A stretch of DNA of 64,000 nucleotides from Octopus sinensis (Eukaryota), in the NCBI RefSeq assembly GCF_006345805.1, contig NC_043000.1:72912001-72976000 (forward strand). Direction: 5' to 3'. Under the pieces are notes generated by a model. It was not told where the DNA came from, did no database searches, and saw nothing but the letters and a program-made list of their open reading frames with translations. Position 1 is the first letter of the stretch. Every line of letters begins with the position of its first letter. Of the stretch, positions 12,868-26,351 are shown piece after piece. Position numbers and translations under genes: made by a program.

Positions 12868-12895
<28 letters not shown>
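10782..12895. repeat. ~2.1-kb degenerate (TA)n microsatellite
   Basis: Continuous TA/TTA/TAA sequence with almost no G or C. Confidence 0.97.
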
Positions 12896-12902
<7 letters not shown>

Positions 12903-12924
12903 TATACATATGTTACTTGTTCTG

Positions 12925-13865
12925 GCTAATACTTACAGTTCTCTACCACACCAATTGTTGGTGAAAGCAATGGACTTTTTTCATACACCAGAGCAGATTA
13001 TGGGACTGTTGAGCTCCAACGACAATATCAAAATGCTGATAACAACAGAATATTTCAGAATAGACTGACATTGTCTTGAAATTTGTAGCGTATCTGTGGT
13101 TTGGTTTGTCCCTGTTTTGGAGAATGTATTTAGAGTAGCAAAGTGCTGAGAAGAAATTGCCAAAGTGAAATCACCTAAAATGATATTCCTAGATGATGTA
13201 AGAGACCAAAAGTATATGCAACTAGTTCTGGATAAACTCGATGAACTAATTACTTGGTCATGCAGTTAAAAGCATGAAGCATGAAAGTTACACAATATGA
13301 TGCTTGTCAAACTCTGTAAAAACAACAAAAGTTCAAAATAGCAGGAGAAACTATGCCAATGGTTAAATACAAATCGGCAAAAAGTTTAGAATGATAGTAA
13401 GCTAACTTCTCCAACAAGAATAGAAGACTGAGATCATCGCACTAAGAATATAGCTCTGAGATCATCGATTACAAGTAATAGATAAGTTAAAACTACCAGG
13501 CAGATACAAAATCTTGTATCTACCTGGTAGTTTTAATTTATCTATTATGGTTTGGACTGTATCCCCCAGCTTGTTTGGCCATTGCTCAAATATAAAGTAG
13601 CACTGTTTTCAGTAGAGATCATGGGCCAAAATGTGGTATTTACTTCAGAAAATGTCACGGAACAATTAACAGTTCAGTACAATATTGAAAGAGAGGGTTT
13701 CTTCAACTACATAACATCAGTTGTTGAAATTTACAAAGCTGTAAAGGTGCAAACAGTCATGATGCTGAAGGAGTCTGATGATGTAGAAATACAAGACAAT
13801 TTGTCAGATGTCAAAATTGCAAAAACTTGGTGCAGAGAAATTGTAATTTCACACATAATTCCCTA
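12925..13865 (+). pseudogene. HERO/NeSL-like non-LTR RT fragment, degenerate
   Basis: LLVKAMDFFHTPEQIMGLL, FKIAGETMP.VK, KLPGRYK, PQLVWPLLKYKV, SVVEIYKAVKVQTVMMLKESDD align with the RT at 41130-42420. Confidence 0.7.
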
Positions 13866-14546
13866 ATGATACCTCAATTCTCTCTAATATGTAATTTGCA
13901 ACACCTTACATTTCTCCTTGATCAGTATACCTGATGCTTAGCTTCTTTACTGGCTACATGGCATTGCTCCCTGTTGGCCCCATTTTTCTATTCTTTCTGG
14001 GCTTTATTTACAGTACTATTTCATGAATTTAGCACCTTCCATCTGTTTAGAGTCTTGTCCTATACAGAGATCTTGTTTGTAAGTCAGTTGTTCTCTACAT
14101 TGTAAGTCTCCATATCCTCCTCTCACTTATCAAATTCTTCAACTGGTATTTTTTCTGATCATTCATCTGCTTGAAGGTTTATGATGTTTTTGAAATTAGA
14201 TGCATCCTCATGGCTAAGGACAAGGCACCTCAGACACAACTACCACTCATTTTCAAACATTGTATTCTCATGTTGCAGCTGTACATTCTGCCACGGTTCC
14301 TTGACATCCATATTCTATCTATATCCTGCAAGCCCATTTTTCATCTACTCAACCCTCAAGGATATAAAGATGGCCAAAATATTGCAGGTTAAATGTGGAT
14401 TATATATAAATTAGTTAAACTTAGACATATTAATTTATAGAAATAACCTTAGGTCAAAAGCTAAAGATTTTTATTCTTTGAAGCAAAATTGCTTTTGATG
14501 GTTTTTCAAAAGTGTTTGCTAAAATATGTTCTTTCTCTTCTTTCAG

Positions 14547-14624
14547 GACATGAAGAATACTGAAAGAATTGTAAAGCTCATTAAATCACTTCTCTGGGAG
14601 ATGTCAGATACATATATGGGACAG
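14547..14624 (+). CDS. Internal coding exon of an unidentified host gene (DMKNTERIVKLIKSLLWEMSDTYMGQ)
   Basis: Polypyrimidine tract + tttcag acceptor, CAG|gtattt donor, 78 nt, phase 0-0, open frame; paralogue at 26352-26429 with 18/26 identical residues. Confidence 0.8.
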
Positions 14625-16098
14625 GTATTTGTATTATAAGCTACAAAATATGAGATGCTTTAGCATTTAATTGCTACATAAAATTGTAGGTTAAAAATTG
14701 CACAATAAAATTGTAGGTTAAAACTTTTCAGATGAGTTACTACCACTAATAATAATTTCTTTTTATAACTTCAAAAACATTTTTTACATTTTATTCATTT
14801 TATTCATTCTTGCTTTGAAAAGAGATGAAGTCAACATTCTCTAAACATTAATAAAAATGTTCATCAAAACAATAAAAGTTTTATAAAAACATGTAATTTG
14901 TATTGAGCTACTGACCAGCATGTTATTGCCATTGAGTAAAGTCTTTTAACTCTGTTTGCACCAGTTTACCTGACAGACAAAAACAATTACTCCAGTAAAA
15001 AAATATATTCACTGTTTTTAATTTATTTTTCCATCCTACTTTGAAAGAGCTTTCAGATTATGGTGCCAAAGTCTTGAATTCAAATATTACACAAGACATT
15101 TCTTGACACAGTTTGCATCAGGTGTTTTCTATTTGAACATATTGCAATTACAATATACATATTGTAAGAAATCATTTGAAAATATTTAGATTTTGAAATT
15201 CAATTCAAGCTGAAAAATGCATTAAAAAAGGCTAATGTGAAAATTGTGTGCAGTATATTTTTATTACACATAAACATACAGATTGATTGTTCTTGTTCTT
15301 GCATGTAAAACAGTAAAATAGTGAAAATTGAGATATTAATCACTACAACATCGCATATTGACACAATGGCCACAAATTTATTTATTGCTCCTCATTTTTC
15401 CTTTTCTTCCTTTGTATTTTATTCTAATGGAAGAATAATTCGAAAAGAGTATTAATTTTATCAAGTTTTTTCCTACAAATATCTGCAACTGTTATCAAAT
15501 CCTAAATTTCATGAAACTGTAGTTCAAATAGTTTTGCTGTTTGGTGAGAGTTATTCCTTTTATCTTTCCTCTTATTTTTCTTAGCTTTCTCATTTTCATC
15601 TCATCTTTATCCTTTCTTCACAGTTTTTTTTTGTGTGTGTTTGAACATCTGTATTATATTTCATTCTTTTTTTCCTTCCCTATATTCTTCCATCTTATTC
15701 TCTCCCCATATTTTTCTTCCTTCCCTATATTCTTCCATCTTATTCTCTCCCCATATTTTTCTTCCTTCCCTTATTGGAAAAAAACCTTTTGGTATTTCTT
15801 TCTGCAAAGATCAGCTTTGCCTTTCAGCCTTTTGGGGATCAATAAAATAAAGTACCAATCAAGTTACCAGAGTCAAATTCATTGACTCATCACCTCACCT
15901 AAGATTGCAAGCCTTTTAGAAACAATTATATATCAGCAACTTACAGGGTCCAGACAATTTTTGTTTGCAATTTTCAACAGCTAATTTTACACATCTTTTT
16001 TTACTTTCATTGTCAGTCTTTTTCTTCTTATAAAAATAACCATTTTTGCTTTATATATATATATTTTTTGCAGAATAATTAACTATGGAAATTTTGAC

Positions 16099-16100
<2 letters not shown>

Positions 16101-16139
<39 letters not shown>

Positions 16140-16196
16140 ACACACACACACACACCCACACACACACAGACACACACACACCCACACACACACACA

Positions 16197-16240
<44 letters not shown>
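16101..16240. repeat. (CA)n microsatellite
   Basis: acacac run interrupted by a few variant units. Confidence 0.95.
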
Positions 16241-16243
<3 letters not shown>

Positions 16244-17150
16244 CTCCACTTTTGGAAGTGGCATAGAATTCTCCTTCGAATCTGCTCCAGAAGGACAAAC
16301 AAGATTTCAGACTTCCTCAACATCAGCAGAAGGATGGTGGAAAAGATCAGAAAGGAGCTGGAAGATTCAGGATGCAGCAGAGAGGAAAACCCTTGATCAA
16401 CGATCTGACGCCATCAGAATGACAGAATTCATCACTGAAATCCAAGAGATCATTGACAATGATCTCAGCAAGTTGATGCATGTCATTGCAAGAGAGAAAG
16501 GTGCAGACAGAAAGCTCATCAGGCTGGGATGCATGAGAACATTTGCTGCTTTTCATACAAGATAAGGAAGGGACAATTTCTGTCTAAGGTGATGTAGGAA
16601 AAGTCACTCAAGTACACCAAGGAGCTGATCAACAAGTTGAAACACCTACTGGAGCCAGACATCTTCTCTTATGCCAAAACCATAAGATCAACTCCCAGAA
16701 TAACAAATGGTTTGTTCTCTCACACAAGGACATGCTCAGTGTCACTAGCAGTGAAGATGACATCATACCACCCCACTTCTTTCCTGAGAGCTTCAGGCTG
16801 AATACCGACGGCTACATCCATGATGTTCTGAGTGAGATAGTGAAGGCCTGAATCAACCAGGTAGCTGCAGGAAGGCCATACATATGGCAACAAGACTCTC
16901 TGCCCTGCAACACCAGCCAGAAGACCTAAGCCTGGCTGACAAAGAATTTCTTCGATCACACAGCACTTGAGATTTGGCCTCTCAACTCGCCTGACTGGAA
17001 ACCCATCAACTTTTTTGTGTAGGGCACAGTGGAGACCAACAAATCCAGCTGAGAGCCAGGATTACTAAGGCCTTCAGGGGCCTAAAATAGGAGATAGTGG
17101 TGAAGGTCTGTGGCCAGCTTATAGGTTGCTGGGAGGCTGTCATCCCAAAA
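16240..17150 (+). mobile_element. Tc1/mariner maT-type (DD37D) transposase remnant
   Basis: [26 protein letters not shown]-like region. WQQD-x37-(N) with WPLNSPDWKPINFFV. Stops and frameshifts present. Confidence 0.75.
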
Positions 17151-18554
17151 AAAAAATGCAGTCATAATTTTCATTAGAATTTCCAGCAGGGAATTTCTAA
17201 CAGGATTGGAAGATTTGTATAGAGAAAGCACTACAGGACTTTAAGAGTCGATGAAAGAATTTTTAAGAAAACAACATCAAAGCAATTATTTCCTATCATA
17301 GATTTTTCTCTTTCTAGTTCTTTATAGTTTATATTTATTGGAATATAAATCACATCTACATAAAGCATTTAATTAAAATGACAACGAATTGATACATAGT
17401 ATACAGAGATAATTCACCTTGAAAGCAAATTTTACATCATTAAAAACAAAGAACTTAATGAATAACTAGAAAAATTCTCATTCTTGTGAGATGCTTGTGA
17501 TTTTAAACTCACTGCCATTCTTTTTATGATCCACTTCTTGGTAGCAATTACAAAAAAATTACACAACACAAGATCTCTCATCACCTTAAATTACAGCAAA
17601 TCTTGTTGATCTCTTTCCAAGAACATTTCTACCAAATTAATCCTCCTATCCACAAGTCCTTGAGATGGCTTTGTAAGCAATACTTTTGCAAAGAAAACAA
17701 CATTCACTGGCTATTTTGCTTCTAATTTCACATGCAAGCAACCAGACTACCAATCTCTCTCAGACATATACATTTTGAGTCCAAAAGCACCTCTGATTAT
17801 GAGATCAGTCAATGTCCTTCTTTTACCCTAGGACAGTGCTCAGTAGCTAACTTTTATCCTCACCAAACTCTGATCATGCCACAGTATATCTCATGCCAAA
17901 GAAGGGAAACCCTGTCAACTATTCATGTAATGTTTCCAACAACTGTCAACAATCTCTTTTTGAGACTCTACATCTGTGATCACCAGTATGCTTCCATAGA
18001 TCCAAGTATACCAGATACCTGTTCTCTCCTGTCATCTTTGATATTGTTATATTTAATATCAGCAAAGCATTGGACGTTTCTGACTTGAGAATCTACTAGC
18101 TAAGCTGTCTGCTTATAGCATTCATATATCTCTCAGCTCTTACAAACTGGTGGCAACAGCTATCTATATAATCTTAGATTGAAAGCTTAGTCATATTACA
18201 GCGTGCAATCAAAGGACTCTGGCTGAAGACTATGTACCATAGATAGACTTTGTCCTCACATTTTTCTTGTTATATATTGACTTGTTTGCCATTGTTACAA
18301 CATTAATTTCTCAGAAGATTATACCATACTTCATTTTTCCTTAACCTTTCACATAGAAAGACATAGTCCAAATACAACCTAGACACCTCATATCAAACTT
18401 GTCTGTTTCAACATTACAATTATAGCTTATATCAAAAAACAATATTGTATCTCAACCTCTCTAGTTCTGAACATGTTCTACAGTTGCTACAAAGGCCTCC
18501 TGATTATGATGATCTTCCTTGAGAATTCCATCTCTATATAAAAAAAATATTATA

Positions 18555-18995
18555 GACATAGGCTTAACTGTATGGTTAAGAAGTTTGCTTCCCAACCACA
18601 TGGTTCTGGATTCAGTCCCACTGTGTAGCGCCTTGGGCAAATATCTTCTATGACACCCCTGACCAAACCAAAGCCTTGTCAGTAGATTTGGTACACAGAA
18701 ACTCAAAAAGAAAACCATCATATGTGTATATATATGTATGTGTGTGTGAGAGAGTGAGTGTATTTTTGTTTTTCCTTGTCTTGAGATTGCATGATAGTTG
18801 TAAATGAGTGTCACTGTCATGCAAGTGGCATCAGTAGTATTGATTATTCTGTGAAAAATGTGTCTGGTCATGAGGAAATACCTTGGTTAGAAACAGGTGA
18901 GGGTTGGTGTCACAAAGGACATCTGACTATAGAAATTCTGTCTCAACAAACTCCATAGACATTAAACAATAATGAAGATGATGCTGATGATATAT
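18555..18995 (+). mobile_element. tRNA-derived SINE with RTE-like 3' tail
   Basis: Head (tgtatggttaagaagtttgcttcccaaccacatggttctggattcagtccc...ccttgggcaa) matches the other SINE copies. Tail ggttggtgtcacaaaggacatc...gatgatgctgatgat resembles the RTE 3' end. Confidence 0.7.
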
Positions 18996-19014
18996 ATATA
19001 CATATATGGAAAGA

Positions 19015-19338
19015 CCCCTTTCAATCACAAACGGTTATAGATTGCACCTAGGAAGTTCCCCTCAGAAGTACAAGTGCAAGCAAGGTTGTTTGTGGAAGAC
19101 CAGCAGTTGCCCCTGCATATCCTCTTTCCATGCCACTGATGTTGTCCAAGAGAAAGGCAGAGGCTAATACAGCTTGGCACCAGTGATGTCACAACTCATT
19201 TCTAAAGCTGAGTGAACTGGAGCAACATGAAAAAGAAGTGTCTTGCTCTAGAACACAACACACAGCCCTGTTAGAGAATTAAACTTACAACCTCACAATT
19301 GTCAGTCCAACATTCTAACCACTAAGCTATGTGCCTTC
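19015..19338 (-). mobile_element. tRNA-derived CORE/MIR-like SINE, degenerate
   Basis: + strand agctgagtgaactggagcaac...gtgtcttgctc...aaccactaagc is the reverse complement of a tRNA head plus CORE-like domain. Confidence 0.6.
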
Positions 19339-20738
19339 ACTTGATATATATACACACTCACACTAACAGAGCAAAAACTGCATCCCAAACATTATCCTCC
19401 TTCTTCAAATCTGCAAAACTCTTCATCTCTGATCAGTTGCATACTTTGTACAAAGCTGAAGATAGAACAACAATAGAATATTGCTTCCATATCTAAGAGA
19501 GCACTCTTACTATACACAGACACTTAAGCTACATCCAAATAGAAGCCAACTGATTGACAAAGACTTGTTCACCAACAAACTATAACCTCTGTCCAAATAA
19601 TGTGCCTTCAGTATATGAACTTCTGAACTATATATCCGCTTCACCCATCTCTCCTCCTCTTATCACTCATACTGCACTAACCATTTTATCCAATTCTTTT
19701 CCTCATGACATCAACTTCTTTCTCATCCACTTTTACCTTGCAGATGTTTCACTGAACATTAACTGCATCAATTCCACCAATCTTTGAGGGCCTGCAAAAG
19801 TAATGACTAACTCATTAATACTAGGTTTACTAAAACAGAACAATTTCATAGAATTTTATGTTTGTGTGATGTTGAAATGAACATGTTCAACTATACAACT
19901 GATTATATAAAATGCTTTCTTTCTGGGCATTACCTGTGACAGCTGTATGTATAGTTAGAAAAATAAACTTTAAAGCAATTGACTTGAGCTATAGATTTGA
20001 ACAAGTACCCAGTCGTTGACACACACAAAACATACAACCAAAATATCGAAATGTAATCTAACAACAAATTCTCACATATGTATGAGAGTTTCCAAATTAT
20101 TCAACAACAGTCAAAAATGCACACACGTTTCAGAAGAAAGCAGCACATTCCGTACAGTACCACATATAACATTGGATTAAATAAAATATAAATACAAGTT
20201 ATCAAATCTGTCTGATGACAGTAACAAATGTAGATACTTGGGCCAATCAGTGTACTATCCACAACATTTATAATATAGCTTACTTGTAGATTGACATATC
20301 TAATTTTCACCCCAGTTATATCTTTTCAATAAATCCTTTCAGATGACTAGGGTTCAGATGCAACATAATCTTGGAAATCGATAAAAATATTAAAATTGCA
20401 CAATGAGTCTTACTGTTTCATTTCAACTCTTGTCTAATCAAGAGCGTTTTCACATGACTTTAATCTCATTAATGTGTGACTATGAAACTGGTATAAGCTT
20501 TCTATTTTGCTAAGCTTTCAATTTTGTAAGATTTAATTTCTGTTACATTTACTGTCTCTGTGCTTTATTTCATGACTTTCTGTAATAACTTCATCATGCT
20601 CCACACCAAGATATTTCATCTTTCCACCAAGCACTGTGTTAACAATTTCATTCTTTACAGAACAATTGTTACCTTAGTAGCTCTTTTGCCAGCTCTCCAT
20701 TTTCTTTTAATTCATGGCATTGATGAGGTATGAAATCT

Positions 20739-20825
20739 TTAGTACGCTCTTAGAAACTCAGTCACAAAATCCCCATCATCAGTTAAATTTTCTCCTTGTA
20801 CACAGGAGAGTGATGGATCCATATA
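20739..20825 (-). CDS. Candidate terminal coding exon (YMDPSLSCVQGENLTDDGDFVTEFLRAY*)
   Basis: tttttaatacag acceptor, phase 0 compatible with the 26352-26429 exon, 28 codons then TAA; lies in non-repeat sequence. Confidence 0.45.
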   Translation of the reverse strand, partial: YMDPSLSCVQGENLTDDGDFVTEFLRAY

Positions 20826-20914
20826 CTGTATTAAAAAGATGCTTCTTGGAGATCAGCCATTTTAAATTATTTCAATATAGAGTATAGAGCACCTTTAATC
20901 TGTAAAACCTGTTT

Positions 20915-23900
20915 CATCATCATCATCATCGTTTAGCGTCCGTTTTCCATGCTAGCATGGGTTGGACGGTTCTACTGGGGTCTGTGAAGCCAGAAGGCTT
21001 CATCAGGCCCAGTCAAATCTGGCAGTGTTTCTACGGCTGGATGCCCTTCCTAACGCCAACCACTCCGTGAGTGTAGTGGGTGCTTTTTACGTGCCACCCG
21101 CACTGGTGCCAGACAGAGCTGGCAAACGGCCACGAACGGATGGTGCTTTTTATGTGCCACCGGCACGAGGGCCAGGCGAGGCTGGCAACGGACACGAAAC
21201 GGGGCGGTGCTGGCAACGGTCGCGAAACGGAAAGTTCTCTTACATGCCACCGGCACTGGTAACACATCTGCAATTTCCATTGATCGATTTCCATTGATCG
21301 ATTTCGATTCTGATCGTCACTTGCCTCAACGGGTCTTCACAAGCAGAATTTTGACATGCCACCGGCACTGGTAGCACATCCGCAATTTCCATTGATCGAT
21401 TTCGATTCTGATCCTCACTTGCCTCATCACGTCTTCACAAGTAGAGTTTTGTGTCCCAAGAAGGGAAGGTATGCATACGTAGGCTGGCTCCATCCCATGT
21501 AGAAGGCCACGGGTTATGGACTCACTTGTCCTGCCAGGTCTTCTCGCGCACAGCACACTTCCAGAGGTCTCGGTCTCTAGTGAGACCTAAAGTTCGAAGG
21601 TCGTGCTTCACCACCTCGTCCCAGGTTTTCCTGGGTCTGCCTCTTCCACAGGTTCCCTCAACCGCTAGGGTGTGGCACTTTTTCACACAACTATCTTCAT
21701 CCATTCTCGCCACATGACCATACCAGCGCAAACGTCTCTCTTGCACACCACAACTGATGCTTCTTAGGTCCAGCTTTTCTCTCAAGGTACTTACACTCTG
21801 CCGAGTGTGAGTACCGGCATTACACATCCATCGGAGCATACTGGCTTCATTTCTAGCGAGCTTACGCATATCCTCAGCAGTCACGGCCCATGTTTCACTG
21901 CCATGTAGCATGGCTGTTCGTACACACGCATCATACAGTCTGCCTTTCACTCTGTGCGAGAGGCCTTTTGTCACCAGTAGAGGTAAGAGCTCTCTGAACT
22001 TTGCCCAAGCTATTCTTACTCTAGCAGTTACACTTTCAGCACACCCGCCCCCGCTGCTGACTTGGTCAGCTAGGTAACGGAAACTATCAACTATTTCTAG
22101 TTTTTCTCCCTGGAAAGTGACGGAAGTTGGTCTCAGAGCATTTTCAGTGTTTATTGTTCCTGAGCATCTGCCACATACAAAAACCATCTTCCTAGTTAGC
22201 CTTCCTTTGACATTGCTGCATCTCTTATGTGTCCATAGCTTACACTTGGTGCATCTTATAGAGTTTCTACCTACACCTTTTCTACAGATCGAGCAGGGCC
22301 ATCTACCTGAAGGTGTTTGTGATTTGTCTACCTTCCTACTGATTACGACTTTGGTTTTAGCTAGATTGACTCTGAGGCCCTTCGATTCTAATCCTTGTTT
22401 CCACACCTGAAACTTCTCCTCCAGTTCTGATAGCGACTCAGCAATTAGAGCAAGGTCATCAGCATAGAGGAGCTCCCAAGGGCATCCTGTCTTGAATTCC
22501 TCCGTTATTGCCTGGAGGACTATGATAAATAGGAGGGGGCTGAGTACTGAGCCTGGTGGACTCCTACCTCTACCCGGAATTCTTCACTGTACACATTTCC
22601 AACCCTCACCCTACTAGCGGTGTCCCTGTACATGGCCCGCACAGCTCTCACTAACCATTCATCTATCCCTAGTTTCCTCATTGCCCACCAGATAAGGGAT
22701 CGGGGGACCCTGTCGAAGGCTTTCTCCATGTCAACAAAAGCCAGGTACAGGGGCTTATCTTTGGCTAGGTATTTCTCCTGCAGCTGCCTTACCAGGAATA
22801 TAGCATCAGTAGTACTTTTCCCTGGCACAAACCCAAACTGCATCTCATCTAAAGTAACTCTCTCTCTAATTAGTTGGGCTATGACCCTCTCCGTAACCTT
22901 CATCACCTGGTCCAACAGCTTGATACCTCTGTAGTTATTTGTATCTAGGGCATCACCTTTACCTTTGTAGCAGTTGACTATTATGCTGCTACACCAGTCA
23001 TTGGGTATGACCCCTTTGTGTATCACCTGATTAACTATACGGGTGACTAGGCTATAGCCGACACTACCAGACATTTTGAGCATCTCTGCAGTGATTCCTG
23101 ATGGGCCTGGGGCTTTCCCTGTCTTCATGCTTCTAATTGCCTTAGCTACCACGGAACTATCAACTCGGATAGCTGGTCCCTCTGTTGGGTCAACATTCGG
23201 CAGACTCTCTTTATCCCATTCATTTTCTTCATTCAGCAACCTTTCATAGTGGCATCTCCAAACCTCTCTCTTTGCATCCTCATTTAGCGCAAGTGAACCA
23301 TCTTCCATGCGAACACACTTCTCTCCTACCACATCACGATTCTCTCTCACACACTGTCTTGCAACACGAAACACCTCCAGTCTTTGGTCCTCACGGCGCA
23401 GAACATTGGCAATTTTTTCTTATCTGCTTCCCCTCTGGCTAAATAAACCTGTCTCCTAGCTTCTCTTTTGGCAGTCTGATACAATCCCCTGCTACCCCCA
23501 TTTTTCCAGACCTTCCAAGCCTGTCTCTTTTCTCTAATAGCCCTGTCTACAATATTGTTCCACCACCACGTTATTCTAGGTCGAGAGGGGACTTTGCACC
23601 GGCCACAGATCTGGTCAGTGGCTCTCAGCAGGTTGTCCCTTAGAAACGTCCAGCTGTCTTCTACCCCCTGTGATGCTCTATCCCCTTCTACTTCGTCAGA
23701 GGCTTCAAGTAATATGTCCCTAAATCTCTGTCCATTTGCAGGATCTTTAAGCTTCCAGATCCTTCTTCTCCATATTTGTCGTCTTCTGGTTGTCCTCCTA
23801 GTCCTGATCCTAAAGTCACTAACTACCAGTCTATGTTGTGGGGTACATTCTTCACCTGGGAAGGTTTTGGCATTTATAAGCAGCCATCTCTCCCTTTGCC

Positions 23901-24002
23901 TTGTAAGGATGTAGTCAATTTGGCTGGTATGTTGGCCCGATTGGTAAGTGACTAGGTGTGGCCCGATTGGTAAGTGACTAGGTGGCCCGATTGGTAAGTG
24001 AC
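20915..24002 (-). mobile_element. RTE-clade LINE, 5'-truncated (APE C-terminus, RT, repeat-bearing 3'UTR, (GAT)n tail)
   Basis: TYQSG..SQIDYIL, PGPSG, YRGIKLL, QFGFVPGKSTTDAIF, FVDMEKAFDRVP, GVHQ, GRGRPRKTW; tail catcatcat at 20916-20930. Confidence 0.93.
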
Positions 24003-24099
24003 ACAATAAACATACCAAGTATGATAAGTAGCAAAAAGAATGTCCAGTCAACAAAGCATGCAGAGCAGCACTTCTATTGTAACACTGACATTAGTTATG

Positions 24100-25900
24100 T
24101 TAAAATATGGAAGTTGGGTGTGAGCACCCCTCAGTTATCATCAAGCAACAGCAACACACTATTTTTTCAGAGCTTCATTTAGAATTTTATACTGTTACTG
24201 CTGAGTCAGGTTAGATATTGGAGATACCGAATGTTTTGTGGAAAAGTGAGGTAGAATGTTGCTTCAATGAGAATTGACACAGGAAAGGAGTTAAGGTATG
24301 CTTTGAATTGGTAACCACCTTAGTATAGATAGTGAATGTATACTGTTAGCAGAAAGGTGGGTAATGTAATTAAAATAGACATGATAAATGACATTAAGTG
24401 AATTCAAGTAGCCATCCATGATTCTTCCATAAGTAAGATTAACAATTCAAGCAAAAGATCTTGTTTTATGCAGTCTTTGTACATACTACATCAAGAACTG
24501 ATTACAAAAATATCATAACTGGTGATTTCAAAGGCCATGTCAGGAAACACCAGAATAGGTGCACAGAAGCTATGAGTATTGTACAGGAAATAAAGCATCT
24601 AAGTTTATGGAATTCTGTAATACAAATAAACTATAATTGCAACACAAAATTCAGAATGCCAACCATGCATTCACCTATCAATCAGGTAGGTATGAGAGAC
24701 AAATTAATCCTGTTCTTAGCAAGGAACAAGATATGAAGATGGTTGTAATCATGAATGTGCTCCTGGGAGTGAAGAACGAAACAACTGTCAAGCTCAAGAA
24801 AAGTAAGGAAGCTAAAAGATCCCATAATAAGCAAAAATTCTACCTTGTAGTAACATCTATTTAGACAGAGAGCAGGAGATGCATAGCTTGTCAGTTCTAA
24901 AAGACAAATGATTTTGGAGATTATGCACAGCCCCCTTCCTGATCAAAGGAAGGGTGCTATTTTTGTAGGTCAAGAAAAGCAAGGAGCAATGTCAAAAGGT
25001 CTAGTATGTATTTATTTAGCTCGGAAACAAACTGAACAATGATGATGAGAAGTACGAAGTATTCAAATTGCAAAGTAATGTTCTCAAACAAACAAAAGAC
25101 AATAAAAAAAAATTCAGGATTACATAATTTTCTTTAGGGCTTTTATAGTCGAATGACTGGATTCTCTTTGCAGAGCTTCAGCAAACATTGCAAAAATTGC
25201 TGAAAAAAACATGGTCAAAAATTCAAAGATCAATATATCAAAAATGAAAATGCTAGTAACAGAGAGCACAAAATCTCTATCTTGAAAGTTTGTAGAAAGA
25301 AAATGTGTGGGAACTTGAATTATATAATTAGTGCAAACCATGGCAATATAAAAGAAGTAAAGAAACAGAAAGATTAACAGAGAAGTACATCAAATACACA
25401 AGATGTACAAGAATAGTTTACAGATAAGGTACCTATGAAGAACATAGACAGCTGACTAGTTATAGCAGTATTATCTATAAAATCTAATTAGTATGAAAAT
25501 AATTGGAATGAGGTTGCAGTTGCTAAAGCAAATAATGGATAGAAATTCAGAAGCTGTTGTTTGTATTAACAACAAAAAAGTCTTTTTTCTTTCATATAAG
25601 ACTATGGAGTATTTTCAAAAACATGATACTTAGTGAGATTTGAATGAACAAGATATTTGTGACTGGAAAAAGATGAATTATATGCAAGTCATTAGCTTAA
25701 AATGGAAAATATAAATGAGAACAGAAATATCAATTGTGGACCACAAATTTATGAAGGAGGGATGATAGCATTAGCTGGATGGTAAAGTAGAGTGTGATGT
25801 CAGGTGGAATCTGTTCATAGTCAAGGAAGATAAAAAAAAGACATTCAGAGTTATATATGAATAGAGAGAAGACTGACAAAAGAATTTATATGTTGTATTG
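24100..25900 (+). mobile_element. Older degenerate RTE LINE fragment
   Basis: GDFKGHV, FTYQSG and an RT YADD-region remnant near 25150-25300. Confidence 0.5.
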
Positions 25901-26351
25901 GAGAATCATCCAACCTGTGCCGGAATGGGCAAATGAACATTCAAATAATAATGATGGTCAAAACAACTGGCAAAATACACCTTATATATATATGTGTGTG
26001 TATGTATACATGCAGATACTTATTCATATAGATGTATATTCCTTGTCTTCTAGAATTTAATAGCTTTCAACCAGTGATAAATATGTCTCAGATATATCAA
26101 TCAAATGGGGTATAAGTATATAAAATTAGTGTTGAATCAAAAATATTTTGAAAAAAGTAAAAATAAGGATTTTACAAAACAATTTTAGCCCTTTTATTCT
26201 ATTTTCATATTTCGGATCACGGCAAATATTGAATTAAGGGAATTCAGTAAAAAGAGTGTCTAAAAATGTCTCATATATATATATATATCTGTCTTCTTTC
26301 ATATTTGCATTGTTTGTAAGGAATAACAGTGGATTCTTAAGCAATAAACAC

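Larger units (their letters stand above)
17480..19800 (+). mobile_element. Ancient L2/Jockey-like LINE RT remnant interrupted by two SINEs
   Basis: FNISKALD...LLAKLSAYSI-like segment near 18050 and LYKAE..TTIEYC-like segment near 19450; heavily degenerate. Confidence 0.5.

Noticed and set aside
13552-13866. ORF resembling a host protein exon
   Set aside because: Aligns with the HERO-like RT C-terminal region at 41237-41644.
16051-16396. CVCVCV/HTHTHT ORFs (also 44960-45433, 46348-46667, 60830-61460)
   Set aside because: Translations of dinucleotide microsatellites.
20284-20369. Minus-strand exon candidate (ccaag acceptor, gtaagc donor)
   Set aside because: Stops in all three frames and no paralogous support.
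20962-21297. Recurrent MDGSTGVCEARR/MLFTCH ORFs (also 26337-26900, 29587-30042, 48726-49483)
   Set aside because: GC-rich RTE 3'UTR repeats read in sense or antisense frames; frames are not conserved between copies.
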